Notes under the pieces: model-generated
The model's input: only the letters and a program-made list of their open reading frames with translations
Told to the model about the DNA's origin: nothing
Databases searched by the model: none
Position numbers and translations under genes: made by a program
DNA from: Bugula neritina
Taxonomy: Eukaryota; Animalia; Bryozoa
Assembly: GCA_964035545.1 (NCBI GenBank)
Contig: OZ037768.1
Location: 6,170,741-6,234,740 of the forward strand
Reading direction: 5' to 3'
Length of the DNA: 64,000 nucleotides
Part shown: piece after piece, positions 14,013 to 28,323 of the stretch
How the letters are laid out: each line of letters opens with the position of its first letter
How positions within the stretch are numbered: the stretch's first letter is position 1

Positions 14013-17000
14013 ATGGATTCTGAAGCTGTACCTATGGATACTGATGTTTCCTCCTCGGAGGTAGAATTAAACAAAGAGTAAGTAAAGCAATTCTTAATAA
14101 GACTCTGTAAAACTGGTTTCAGTAAAAACTTTCTGTATGTGAAAAACCACGCATTTTCATTTAGTTAGACATTGTATATTTATTACCAACGTAGTGCGGA
14201 GACTGGTCATAGAAAGTGCTAGAATTTTCACGTTTCCGGCTTTTAAACAATTGCTAATTCGACGTATATTGTATGATGCCAGTATAGATATCAACTGGTG
14301 AACTTTGATTTAAAAGTGTTGCCAGCCTGTTTGGTGGTACTTCTAGTTGTAATTATATTAAATGGTCTATTTCAAAGACTGATAGTGATAAAGTAAATCT
14401 CAAATGAAAATGTTAAAATTGAATTTTATATCAATTTAAATCTTAAGTTTAATTTAACATTACTCATTACTCATTAGCCTTGGGCTTAGCATTATCATTA
14501 TGGTTATGATTATGAATATCAATATCATTACTTTTACTTTAAGTTTAGAGGTAAAAATTTAATATAAATAAATAATTATACTTGCAGTTACAGTGATACT
14601 GATACTGATAGTGATACTTATGCTGACTAAATCTAAGAATAATAATTTATAAATGTTCAGTAATATTAATAAATTTGATAATTTAAGACATAACAACTGT
14701 AGCAGTTAACAAACTAAGACTCCATTTGCCATTTGTTAGCATTAGCTGTTACTGTTAGTCTGCTACAGTTGATGTTGTTACAGTTATGTCTTCAATTATT
14801 AAATTTTAATACCAAATGTTTATGATTGTGGTTAAATTTAACATTATCACTGTAAGTATAATTATATTGATTATTTTTAGCAAATTTGAATCCTGTACGA
14901 TTGATTGAGTATGAAATGTGAATGGGTGTATCATTATGATTATGGCTGGCTATGTTAAGCTCATTAATAAAAAATATGTAGCTTAAAAGTGGAATTCATG
15001 TCTCAATATTTATGTTAATATTACCTGTTGTGAAGGAAAACTAACCCGATGCCATATATATTTGTGATTAAATTCTCTTGATACTAAAATTTCAGAAGTT
15101 TGATCATATTCAAGTAATTGCATATATGCTACTTGTGTTTGCCCCAATTCATATTGGTAATCTTTATAAAGTTGCTGTAATTTGATCATTTAGGTGCAGT
15201 AACTGAAAATTTCAAAAACCCCAGTTTTTTTTTAATTATCTAGATGAATTTTATATGGTTTATAGGTAAAAAATATCATGAGTGAACAATTACTAAATAA
15301 GCTACTTATTAAAATTCTTGTGTTCCATTCAATTGGAGTTACCCTTTCACTAATAAAATATGTTCAGTATTATAGCAGATGAACATCAAAACTCCTAGCC
15401 AATCCAATGTGTCGGTTTATAAGCAGCAGTTAGATGCCATCTCTTAGTTAGTGATGACTAATATTCATTAGTTGCTGTACTTGTAAACAGGGTAGCTGGT
15501 AATGGCATGTAATGTAGTGGATCTGTGTCATAAGTTCAATAGGTAGGTTGTCAGTGGTCAATTACTTTTAGGGGTGAATTTTGAAATATTACTAGCTTAA
15601 CAATTGATGATCATCAATAGAATAGGTTGCTTAAATTTAATGATTTAATATAATATTTTAATTGGGAAAGGGTTCCCCCCTCGCATCAAAATTTCTTGTT
15701 TTTACATTTTCTCAAGTGAACTAGAGTTTAAAATTAAATATAAGATAAATATTTTTAAATTATATCGTATTTTGTAGACTGAATGCTGAAGATTTAAAAA
15801 ACAGTGGAAATGAGTTGTACAAACAGAAGAAATATATGGAGGCTTTGGAGCTGTACTCAGAGGCAATTAGATTGCTGCCTTCGTGTGCTGCCTACTACGG
15901 CAACCGAAGTGCTACCTACATGATGCTCCAGAAGTACTCAGATGCACTGGCTGATGCCCAGCAATCAACTTCTATTGATAAAGAGTTCACTAAAGTAAGA
16001 ATGTGTAAAATCCCTATACATGAATATCAAATGAATGTGTATCTTGGCATTGTAACGGCCAACAACCCAATGCCTTTATTATGCAATTGTGTTTATCTTT
16101 CTAGGGATATCACAGAGAAGGTAAATGCCTTCTGGCTCTGGGTAAGCCATTAGCTGCCATCCAGTGCTTTGAAAAGTCACTAGTGATACAACCAGAAAAC
16201 AAAACCTTCATATCTGATGTAAGCTTTATTTTATTTCCTGTTTGTAACAATGCCACACCATGATGTAAGCAAATTCTTTCATAGCTTAGTTAGACCCAAC
16301 AAAGGTTACACCAGCTGTTAATTAGATGGTGCAGAAACACAGAATGTTCTGGAAGAAAGTTTCATTTGTTCAGCTGATAGTAACCTCTTTAAATTTTGGT
16401 ATTGAGATATGCTAGAGTTTTTTATATAAGGCAATCTTACTAATACCTATTCATTTTATCGAAAGTATATATATCGGCTTCTGTTCAGTATTAATTTTTG
16501 TTTGTAGAAGCTGCTAGCAGAAAAAGTAAAAAAGTCTGAAGACGAAGCTAATCGGCATCACTCAGCAGGGGATTTCCGGAGGGTAATTTCCATTCACTAT
16601 TTGATTGTTACATAAGGATGTTTTGTGTCATACACTGAAGCTCACACATGTATGTTATTGCATAATCTGGATACTACTGTGTAACATTATTCTGGTATAC
16701 TATTTTTCAGGCACTATATTGTATAAAACAGTGTCTAAAAGATGCACCAAATGCTGCCAACTACAAATTATTTAAAGCGGAATGCTTAGCTTATACCTCA
16801 CAGTACGAAGAAGCCTTAGAAATCTCCAAGTAGGTTCCAGTCTACATTATAACTTTATTGTACAACTATATAACATATAGTAAAGGTTTGGGTGCTGGGC
16901 GCGCATTGTTGTTAATTTTTTACAGCTTGGTTGGGGTCACTACTATTGTCATCTCTTCTTTTTCTAGTTCAGTGTTGGCATTTGATAAAAGAAATGCAGA

Positions 17001-19679
17001 CGCCATATTTGTGCGTGCCCTCTGCTTGTATTATGAAGACAATATTGATAAAGCTCAACAGCATTTCAAGCATGTCCTTAAAATGAACCCAGACCATGAG
17101 AAAGCCAGAGAAACTTTCAAGGTTAGTTCTTGATGGTCAAGTTATTCACTGCACTACCTACAGTTGGTCTAATATTAGAAGACTGAATAAACTATTACCC
17201 TCCATGATCATTTCGTGGTGAATTTCTTTCCATGTATTAGTGGTCAATCAGAGTTTCATTAAAATCTGTAACTTGGTTTCCGCAAATTTTATAGCATTGT
17301 TTGAGTTATGTCACCTCAGAAGCTGAAGGTGTGTGGTAACTAGTTAGTACACCATGTGTTCATCTCTGCTAATAATAGCCTGCCATGTGTAATAATAGCC
17401 TGTTGTTTGTTAATGATAACCTGTGTTCTATTTTTACAGAAGTCAAAATGTCTAATACAGAAGAAAGAAGAGGGTAATACTGCTTTCAAAGCTGGCGAGT
17501 TCCAGCATGCTCATAGGTTATACTCTGAGGCTTTGTCCATAGATCCTCTCAACAAACTCACAAATGCAAAGTTATACAACAACAGAGCTACAGTCAACAC
17601 AAAGGTAAGCTGTCCCTCCCCCCTCCCCCCTGCCTACATAATTATACCCTTGCATATGTTATATAAGATGTGGAGTTTCAATGTTTTGAAAGTATAATGC
17701 TATAAGGAATGAGATTAGCAAAGGTCAAATTCCAGTTCTGTTGTTAATTCTACATCCACTGTTGTTTTGTTGTCTTGTATTTCACTTTACTGGGTCAGTG
17801 TAGAATTTCAAAAGCCATGAGCAGTGTTGAACCAAACCTTTTGAAGTAGCAATATTTTCTTTTCATTTTAGCTTGGGAATTTAGAAGCTACTGTAGAAGA
17901 TTGCAATAGTGCAATAGCTCTAGATGAAAAATATGTCAAGGCATTTGCTAGACGGGCTTCTGCGTAAGTATTAATCTTTGCATCTTTGTTGTGAAATAAT
18001 GTCAGTAATTTGGCCATAATTGAACTCTAGTAGCCATATAACCATGATGACCAGCTGATATACAAGTATTTGTGCTATCACTGCTTATACTCTTTAGTTA
18101 TGTAATCAATAGTGAGAATGCATACATGATAGGGCAATGATGGGGTTATAGGGTCAAATTTGCTTTTGATGAAGCTTGATGCCCTGCAAGGCAGTGCCTG
18201 TTAGCATGGGAAAGGAAAGAATTTCTTATATTATAAAGCTCATTTCTATTCCTAATGTTGCTACTACTATTTTAGATATACAAGCCTTGAGAAATATGAA
18301 GAAGCACTGCGAGATTATGAAGCTGTCCTGAAGCTAGACCCAACTCCACGTAAGTGAACCCAGCTAGTTACTGCTCAGTAAATCAATCAGTAATTTAATG
18401 TGATTTGCTAGAAATAAACTATTTAGAAAAACTGGAATTTGGAGAACCCTGTCTTATTGTCACTTTGTTATTAAATTAAGTTGCTTTAGTGTTCCTAGGA
18501 GAACTTTTCTATTTCCAATCAGCCAGTTCCAGCTGGGAATTAATATGTCTAATAATCTCTGGATACTTTTTTAGAGAACAAGCAAGCTGTCAGTACAGCT
18601 AAGTTGGAGTTAAAGAAAAGTCAACGAAAAGACTACTACAAGATCTTGGGTGTTGATAAACATGTTAGTGATGATCAGCTGAAAAAAGCATACAGGAAAC
18701 GAGCAATGATACATCATCCTGGTGAGTAGACGGTCAGTGTAGCTGCTGATACTCTACACTGCCTCTTATTCAGTTATACCTGGGACTCTTATCTCTGCAT
18801 AGACGTTGGCACACTCACCTGTTGCAGGTTGAATGCAATGACTCAGCATTTTATCTCCTGATCGTGAGCAGTAGAAGCAGTGTTCTACACAAACTCCTTA
18901 CAATTATATAAGTATGGATATCACTTACATGGCTTGCTCCATTTTCAGACCGTCACAGTAATGATACTCCAGAGAAGCAGAAGGAAGAAGAGCGAGTATT
19001 CAAAGACGTGGGTGAAGCATACGCGGTGCTTAGTGACCCTAAAAAGAGAGCTCGTTACGATACTGGTGCTGATCTGGAAGAAGGAGGTTTAGGCAGTGGT
19101 TTTGGTGGTACGTGGAATTTATCTTTTCAACTCTTCTAACACATGCTGTATTTTTTGCCATTCCTGTGTGTTGGGCAATTTCTTCAGCATTTTTACTACT
19201 TCCTTTTTTTTGTGTCGGGTATTAAGTGTATTCAAAGTTACCTGCTTGGTATAGTGCATCATACTGCTTAGTCTATTTATTTCTAAGATGTTTTGTTATT
19301 CTACTTCATGCTTGAAAATCGAGTTTAAATTCCAGATGAAACATATAAGCATACATGCAACAATAGATGCTTTTAAATGCAGCTATTGACAATTGATTTT
19401 TATATTCTTTTTTGTTCAATTATATTTTGATATTAGTTTTAGTCCTTGTGGGTAAAAGTAAAGGAAAATTTATACTTAAACTGTAAAATGATAGATTCTA
19501 TTTCAGCATTGTTGTCTGTTGCAGATATGGATGCAAATAACATATTTCAAATGTTTTTTGGGGGCGGAGCTCCTGGCGGTGCAGACTTTGGTTTTGGAGG
19601 TGGTTTTGATGATTGTGGTGGAAGGACGCACTTTCAGCAAAGGCCACACCAAAGGGGAGGCTTCCACTTTCAATTCTAA
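14013..19679 (+). CDS. DNAJC7: DnaJ homolog subfamily C member 7 (TPR repeats + J domain)
   Basis: 12 frame-consistent exons: 14013-14077, 15778-15994, 16105-16218, 16508-16582, 16711-16829, 16968-17121, 17440-17604, 17872-17963, 18276-18349, 18575-18721, 18949-19107, 19525-19679. They encode TPRs ([30 protein letters not shown]), a J domain ([14 protein letters not shown]...HHPDRH) and the C-terminal [12 protein letters not shown]...GGFHFQF. Confidence 0.96.
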
Positions 19680-20392
19680 GTTTTTCAACGTCACTGCTGG
19701 TCTTTTATTATAATTTCTGGCGATATTGCTAATTAGGAAATTGTGACAATTTATAAAGATTAGAAAGTGTGCCAAAGGGAATTATTAAATCATTTCTACA
19801 GCTTTTCTGAACATTTCCATTTAGACGTATTCTCCTGACTGGACCATGCATGATGACATGACAAGCTCCTTGTTACATTAAATACTTGTAGCACCATCGT
19901 ATTTGTCGTATACATATTATCAGTTTTTTGGCTAAGTAAAACCGATTCTACCAGCCTCTCAGTTTGCTACAAATCAACACTATTTTTCTAGCGCATATTA
20001 TCACCTTTTCGTTTATTCATAATTATCCAAAATATGATTTATTAAATATATTCTTATGTCTGTATACACAGGAGTCTGCTGTGAAAACCTGATATTTGTG
20101 TCTGTTTTTGGCTAGAAATACTACTGGTCTGTGGACACAACATTTTATTACCATTTTTATGAATAAGCAATACTTGTTAATATAAAAACAACCTTAAAAA
20201 TGTCTTTCCAAATTTCTAATTCAACTGCTACTCTCACAGCATATAAGGTACATAGCAATAACTAATTAGATGCATGAGGAGAAAAAAAATAAAAATACAT
20301 ACATGTGATGGATTATCATGAAACATAGGATATGTCCAACTGCATTGTAAAAATATGTACATGTTGGGATTTGTGACCGAGTGTTAATTACG

Positions 20393-23300
20393 TCACATGA
20401 TGCTTTGATACTTGCAAGCAAACATAATCCATGTGGCTACAGCTGATTCTGCATAGGGGTACACACACACTCGGACAGCTAGCTTAACATTGTCTCCTCT
20501 GCATTGTAAAACCTCTGTGCAAGTTTTAGATCTGAAAGTTTATAATGATAATTTAGTTTATGCAAACAATATTTTCATATTTCCTGGCAAATAAAATGCT
20601 ATAATGTGCGAGAACATATAATGCAGCTAGTGCTGAGCTGTCAGTCTGTTCAGCATTGTTTCCTATATCTTCAGTGTTAGCTCTGTGACGATGTTAGAGC
20701 CGTTGTGTATTTCAACTTTTCTGTGTACTAAACCTCAAAGTACGCAAAGCTTCTTTTGGTGTTGAGTGAATGTATTCGTGTGACTCATAAGTTATACCAG
20801 AAACACTGGCAGTATTGGATCAAAATGCTAAAATACTAACAGTTTGGCAACCGTCTAACTTGGTATCCCAACGTCAGCTCAGCACTGAATGCATCTTTAT
20901 TGAAATAAAAGACACTATTTCTGCATCTAGATTGGGAAGTGGTATATTTGGCAATAAATTAGGAAGTTATGATAAACATGTCTTACCGGAGAACAGCTGC
21001 AAACGATCTTCTAGCGTTGGCATAGGAAAACTGTATAGGATAAGCTTTAAAAGTGTGCCCCTCGGGAATTGTGTGAGTCACTGATTGGCTAAACTCTTCA
21101 TTCCCATAATGCTGCCCTGTTCAGAATACATTGCACAAATATTGGTATTCTACATTATAACGGAAAATGCAGAAATCATTACAAAATGAGCTGAAGTGTT
21201 TTTGGAGATGTTTTGCAGAGCACATTCTCTTTAGTCCGGTGACTCATTGGTGTCAACTGGTTCATGCTGACATATTTTGAGATACCAACACATAAAATGT
21301 AAAAGAAATTTCGAGCTTTCGAGATTAAATTTTGATAGATTACTAGAAAATTGACAGTTATTTTGTAAAAATACTGTAAATTTTAAATTAAAATTAGAAA
21401 AAAAAATCAGTAAGAAATACTAAATTACAAAATTAAAAATATTTTTAAAATAGGCAGATCAAACTTTAAGCTAGGTTTTTATGCCTATTTTTAATGACAG
21501 TAGATTCAACTTGGATGTTTGGAAGTGAATTACTTGATAACTCTGAAGTTAACAGAGGGCTTATAATAAAACAATAGAGCAGAATGTATTACCAGTAATT
21601 CTTTCTGTTTCATAAGCTGAGAGGGCCATGCTGAGCATGTATGAGCATTGATCATCAAACACGGTGGTGAGACCCTCTCCTTCCCGGTACTCAGATATCA
21701 TCCTCCGCAGCTCAATCTCCATGCTGTTGCTAAGAGTTGTGGCATCATAGACGGAGCGCTGCAGAGGTGGCATATCCATCCAGGATACTGTTGGGGAGCA
21801 CACCGATGATATAGCCTCTGCAGTCATAGACTTCCACAGCGATGTATTGCCCAAATCAAAGTCAGCAAATGTCACATCGTCACTGGTCTAAACACATTCA
21901 TCAAATTGTGAGCTCAAGTGATACAGGTATAATGAATAAATTAATAAATATCGAACCATAAATATTAACCCTGAATAAATCTCCCACGACTATTTATTAC
22001 TTACTAACTATTAGAAAATGTGAGACAAATTTTAAATATTGTATCGCTACTGGTAAAATATCAATGCCAATTGTTTACCACGCCAACCTGTATATTAGCG
22101 TAGAAGGCTTTATGATTGAAGACGCAACCAAGAGTTCTGTACGGATGCTTTGAAGCTGGAGGAGGCTTTAACAGCATTCCATTTACAGTGGTAGGTTTAT
22201 GTATATATCTGTAATATCAACAGCCTGTGGTATTAGAGTATAGGTACACCACTATACTAATTATTGAAAACTGGAGAAGTAAATTTCTATAGTAGAAATA
22301 AATCCAACAATACAATAGTAAAACTTCAATAGAATCTATCATCTCAGAGGTATACTCCAATAATTTTTTTAAAAAAATTTCTAAAATATTATTTTTCTGA
22401 CTTTTGAAAATAGCAAGTTCAACTAAGCTCCACAGTAAAACACTGGTACATCCATATACAAGCATTGCAAACAAGATAATGGAAGACGAAAGTAAACTTC
22501 AACCATTACACAATGCACACAACAGACATATCTTAACTTGTACCTGTTGGCAGAGAGACTTTCCCAGAAAGTCACAGATCCATCATCCGGTCCAATAGTA
22601 ACCACCCAGGCATGGGGAGATGACTTGGCTTTAGTACCCAGGCAGACGTATGCATTTAAACCAAAGCCAAGGAGCAGACTGCAAAGTAGTGTTGCGTGGT
22701 TTTCTACATCCTATTAAATAGAAAACAGTTTTAATGTAATGCTAGAAACATGTGATATCTATAAATAGCCCACTGGAGTTGTCTTTAGACACAATTGTGA
22801 TCTGATTAAAATATTAATAACTTTGGTTTTTGATTCCTATACTTCAATAGTCATAAACAATTAAAAGTATTAAAAAGAAAAATTATTTCATCCTATCAGA
22901 GATAAATAAACGACAACAAATTATTAAACATTCATTACATTTACATGTATTGTAATAACATTCAAGTATTACATAAATCTAATCTGCAGAAATATTACAA
23001 TGGCCACATTGAATACCAATTTAGAGTGCAATAAACTTTTAATTTTAGTTAGTCTAATCAAGAAGTAAATGTATAATACTTCATAGGAATGCAGTATTAT
23101 ATACAAGAGCATTAATGGCATGTCATAGCTTAACATATTTATACTAAATACTAACTCCTTTGTTAGCAGCTATAAAAGAATGCAAGGAGCTCCATCTCTC
23201 ACTCCTCTCAGAATTCCCCACGGCACTTGGTTTATCATATTTTATGAGTGAGACAAATCTAGCTGCTTGACGTGGGTTCTCCAAGAGTCGCCCGCATCTT

Positions 23301-25790
23301 AGAGGCTGCACGTAGGAGCACACCGGTCTATTAACTTGATTGTCATCCTGTAAAATGATCGAGAATTCGTTTAGCAAGTTTTTGCTGCCTAAATAAGGTA
23401 TCCTATAGCCACCAGAATGTACATTGCATTAACTATAAGGAAAGACAAAGAAGTATTAGCTATTTACTGAAGCATATAGTTTGACCAGGCGACTGGAATG
23501 GGAAGGACGGATTTGGAGATACTCTCTCCACCATTGCTTGGTGTAAACCAGGAAGAGGCGGTCTCTTTCGGCCTGACGGCTCCTCTCCAGCTTCCTTTGT
23601 TCCGAGAGCACCTCATCAGACAGAATGTCGCACTGGGGTATGATGCTCAAGGTCAGGTCAAGGATGCCAACTGATATAGAGCTTTCAGTTCCTTCAAACA
23701 CCCAATATCACATAGCGAGCACAGAGTAAGTGGGCAGACAAATTTCAAAAGCTCAAAAGAGATTTAACAATAAAGTGATAAACATTGCAAATATTTGATT
23801 TTAAAATAAAGGAAAATTAAGCTCATGTATACTACTATGAATGTGCTGTATACAGAGTTATTTCATCAGCATCAACTTTTCTAGAACCAATTCATCTGAA
23901 AATATATATTTCCTGGACCAGGTTTGTATTCAATAATAATTCCGACATACCAACGCCCATCATCTCAATAGATATTGTCTTTTTCCCGGTAGGAATGCAG
24001 AGTACGTCTCGCCAGTCTAAATACTGTGAGGATACAAGATGTGTTTCACTGTTAGGGTCTGTTTTCACTAACACTATGTGAATCTTGTCTGCCACAGACA
24101 GTAGATCTGTAACCTCTAGCATTGCGTCTGCAATACCAACACAAAATTATACAGAGGCGAGTCATGTATTCTGCAATCCTTGCTTGATAACACATAAGTA
24201 TGCATGTTGAAAACCTACAGCCACAATGATTTTATCTTTTAAAAAATCACCAATGAAATGCACATTAAACAAATAAAAACATAACGTAAATTATTTTTAA
24301 TAGGGATATACTTATTTATACAATTTTTCAATAACATAAAAACCAAGCAGCTGAGTTCAATTGACATAATAATGCTTTAATAATCAAAGTAAAACAGAAA
24401 ATCTGCCTACCACGACTGCCATTAAGGTGAAGTTCTAAGAGAAAGCTTTCTCTAAGGTCGGGTTCATCGGAACATGCTACGGGACGACTCCTAAACCTTT
24501 GTCCTCTAAATGACAGGTGAAGAGTGTATGTAGGTGCAGTGTGACCAGGCAATGTCGGCTGATCCAACAAATGACTTGTAAAAGCTTTCCCTTTGTGAAT
24601 TTGCAGCAGAAGTTGTCTTCTCATGTAGTTAATACCTGGATGGGCTTGCTGCTCAATTGCTAAAAGAAAAGTGTAATGAATTATACAGATGTTCAACCTA
24701 CTTAGGTACACTGTGGCAAAACTAGCTTAAAATTTCAACAGTTTTTCATATTCACATTTAGCTGTGTGTTTGTTATGATTTCAAACAGGGTCTGTTGAGT
24801 AAAAAGCAACCAATGTGTAGCAAAAGCTACAGCATTTGGGAGAAAAAAGAACAGACAATTAATAATTTAGCTTGTGAGATATAGATCACAACATGGGAGC
24901 ATATCTGCTACACTTACTGTGAGGAGCTGGCTCTGACTTTCGTTTCTTCGTGACATTGTTTAAGTTAAATTCATCAATGAGCTCATCAATGAAACCTAAA
25001 ACATGTTCAATACAGAATGTACTTTTTAATCTGTAGGCTGATTGAAGTTATGACATCATGGCTTTGGTACGGAAAAAAGCTTTGTGAGAGCTGTTAATTG
25101 AATGTGCATGTGAACAGCTCGAAACTTCTGCTTCTAGTAGAAACCTGATGAGTTACACTAACATTATACAGCCAAGTAAATGTAGCAGCATTCAACTAAT
25201 AGTCATACTTAACGGACTCAACTATTAGTCATACTTACCAGACTCAACTATTAGTCATACTCACCGGACTCAACTATTAGTCATACTTACTGGACTCAAC
25301 TAATAGTCATACTCACTGAAGTCAACTAATAGTCATACTTACCAGACTCAACTATTAGTCATACTCACCGGACTGCTCCAAATCTCCCAGTAGCTCGTTC
25401 TCCACAGATGCTTTGGTAGTGCCACCCGCCAAGGCATTCTGCAGCCTCGTGTCAACATCTACCTACCATTAAAACTCTATAGTACATTCTCAACAGCATC
25501 AGTAATTTGTAATGTATGTATTACCATGAGCAGCGTATGTTTATTGCAAAATAAGTAATCACAATGCTCAAGTGGCTACTTTAATAAAATCATAACCACA
25601 TTATTTTTTAGCTAAAATATATTTTTATAAAATTGACAAAATAGGTGTAAAATATAGATTTTTTTGTTTTAACAAATACAATTCAGTTGTGAGCTAACAT
25701 GAAATTTAATAAATATCAATTTACTTGGGACAGGTATGATCTTATAGCAGTTCTTAAACCATTTTGAACTGCTTCATTGGGATATTCCAT
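20393..25790 (-). CDS. CEP76: Centrosomal protein of 76 kDa (C2 + transglutaminase-like domains)
   Basis: Starts MEYPNEAVQNGLRTAIRSYLSQ (25790-25725). Recognisable CEP76 motifs: LHLSFRGQRFRSRPVAC, FLVYTKQWWREYLQIRPSHSSRLVK, GDVENHATLLCSLLLGFGLNAYVCLGT, HAWV, FWESL, GNEEFSQ...GHTFKAYPI, and the C-terminal LAVRVCVYPYAESAVATWIMFACKYQSIM* (stop 20393-95). All junctions checked are GT-AG and in frame. Confidence 0.95.
25193..25374 (-). repeat. 7 x 26-bp tandem repeat spanning a CEP76 exon/5' splice-site junction
   Basis: Plus-strand unit is approximately CAACTAWTAGTCATACTYACYRGACT, with units starting at 25193, 25219, 25245, 25271, 25297, 25323 and 25349. The last unit overlaps the exon end (25369) and its GTGAGT donor. 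Confidence 0.95.
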
Positions 25791-28323
25791 TGTGACGAAT
25801 AATTCAGCTAAGTCCTCTTCAGAGGCTACAAAAAAAGATGTTCCTTATTGATTACCATATCAACTTCAAAATTGCATAAGTTTCAAAATTTACAAGATTG
25901 TAATTGAAAATAATTCAATTGTGTAATTAAAAACGACTAATTAATATTTAATTAAGTTCTTTCAACAGAAAACTAATATGCTTAGTACAAACCACTGTGA
26001 CTTATGATTTAGTTGTCTAATATGACTGTTAGACAAAAAGTATTAGTATAATTATGATTGCTTGGCAGTTATTTTTTTACTTAGTTTTATAGCTATAAAT
26101 ACTGTAGCTTAAATAAAAATAAAATGATAGTGACAAAATAGCAACATTAAAATTGATATTATTGGACAATTATAGTAAACAATTAATTTCTGAGACTGTC
26201 AATTTAGCAGTGTCTATCACTATAAGTATATCAATATAAACGTAATCATGCCTGAAAGATATGCTTGAGCCTTAAAAGTTAAAACTATACTATTAGTAAC
26301 AGATGTATTTTAATCCATATTCACTCATACCTACAATATTATTATTTAATTATTAATGTGACTAGTAGTAGTACTACATAGCTTATGCCTATGGCTATAC
26401 TAATAGATGTATAAATATCTGGTACAAATCTAATAATTCACTAATGTAATTGAGTTATTCTTATTGTCATAGTCACAATCACTGGTCAGCTTGAGCTTAA
26501 CACTTTACAGTTACATTGAATTTGGTTTATGAAGTAAACCTGATAATGATACCCAATCAATTAGTATTAGTATCAACATTCATAGTATTTAGTATTTATA
26601 AATATATTACTATTAGTTATGCTAAGTATTACTATAACTATATAAACCCCACTGATACGTTAAGCTTTAAGTAAAACTAAGAGTTGAACTTAATCATAAA
26701 GCAATAAAATTAAATCATCTTACAATTACAATGATACATTAGTTTATTGTTATTAGTATTAGTATTACTATTAGTATTAGTATTATAAATATAGGTTTAT
26801 GATTTATTTATACTTACAGCCTAAAGCATTAGACTTAGTTTCAAATAGTGATCACTAACAAAAAGTAAAACTTTAACACAGCATTTGTAAGCACAACACT
26901 AAGTCTTTTACTAGTATTAGTAATCTAGTGATGGGAAAGTTTGTTAGTAATAGGCAAGTTCAATCATATCAGTGTAAAACTAAATCAGTAAATGTGCTTT
27001 GATGCTAGTTTTAAAAAACTTTCAATGTTTGTAGTGAAGTAACTTATGCTGCACGCTAAATAATTTTTTTGCTACACACCATAAGTTTTTATGTATGCAA
27101 TTGCTTTGTTCAAAATAATACACAAACTAGCCTTTAGTTTTTGTCGGTACTTTATACCTACATCTAGAGAGAGGGTGACGCTACTGCTCACACCAAGCAT
27201 AAATATAGCTTTTGTTTGCCAAAGCTATATTTTTCGTTAAAGTTTTACCAAAACGAAAGGATAACCCCTATAACAAAGTAAGCAAACAGTAGATGGTCAT
27301 TTTCTTTGAAAATATTGTGTCTTACATAATATAGCTTTGGTAAATTGTAGAACAAATTGCATTGTTCCATTGATCTAGTTTAAATGTGGAGTAAATTGAA
27401 ATGAGACTGAGTGCAACAAGTGTAGCATAAGGTCCTTATGGCTTAGTTGAAAAAAGAAGGCAATAAAGTTGCATAACTGTTTAATATATTATAAGCTGAA
27501 TACGAAGTTCTTAGTTTTTTTAGGTTTTCAACTGCCAAAAATTATCTTGATTTATAAAACAAATTGTATAATTTTGCAACAGAACTTTTACACTTGCAGT
27601 TAGACAAATTACAAGTTGAAGATGATTTATTATATTTTAAAATTGTTTTCTCAAACAAGAAAGCAGGAAATTCGCACGTGTAATAGGAAGCTGTAACAGG
27701 TTCATCTATGTTGCTATTACAAGCGTTAATAAAGCTACTCAGTTCTTTGTTTTATTCCATGTTACATTTGTTTTCAATTTTCTAAATAAAGCTGTAAGCC
27801 AAATTTAAACTTTTTATATCATTATAATCAAGCTGTCTATTCAACGAAGAATTCTTTATCTACCAAAGCTAATAATCTTTATTTGTATATTTGCACTGTC
27901 AAGTTTAATATATAATTCACACGACCATTCATTTGATATGCTTCCATTACTGTATTAAAAAGCTGCTAAGCCTAGGAATTATTTATATAATGTAATTGAT
28001 ATGCTTTACTAGCAGCCCAGGTTGCATGCAAATGTGAAAATGACACCTTATTATTATTCCATAATAGTTTTTTTTATCCTATTTACGGCTTTATTAAACA
28101 TATATGAATTGTATTAATTTTATTGATTGATATTCTAAGCCTATTCAGGAAAAAGCACAGTCAATAAAATCACAATAAAAAGAGCAAAGCATGTACTTGT
28201 AGACAAGTATAATTGTGGGTTTGTGACCATCTTCAATTTATAATTAAAACACTTGTCAGAAAAAAAACAAGAAAAATGCAAGAAATAAAGAAGCTATACC
28301 AAGGCATTTTCTCTTGTTTTAAA

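Noticed and set aside
18040-18870. Intronic snoRNA candidates in DNAJC7 (ATGATGA at about 18044; hairpin CAGTGTAG/CTACACTG at about 18734-18760)
   Set aside because: No properly spaced terminal D box with stem, no H/ACA two-hairpin layout, and no recognisable rRNA guide.
25193-25374. CRISPR-like array
   Set aside because: The repeats are contiguous with no unique spacers, the context is a eukaryotic intron, and there are no cas genes.
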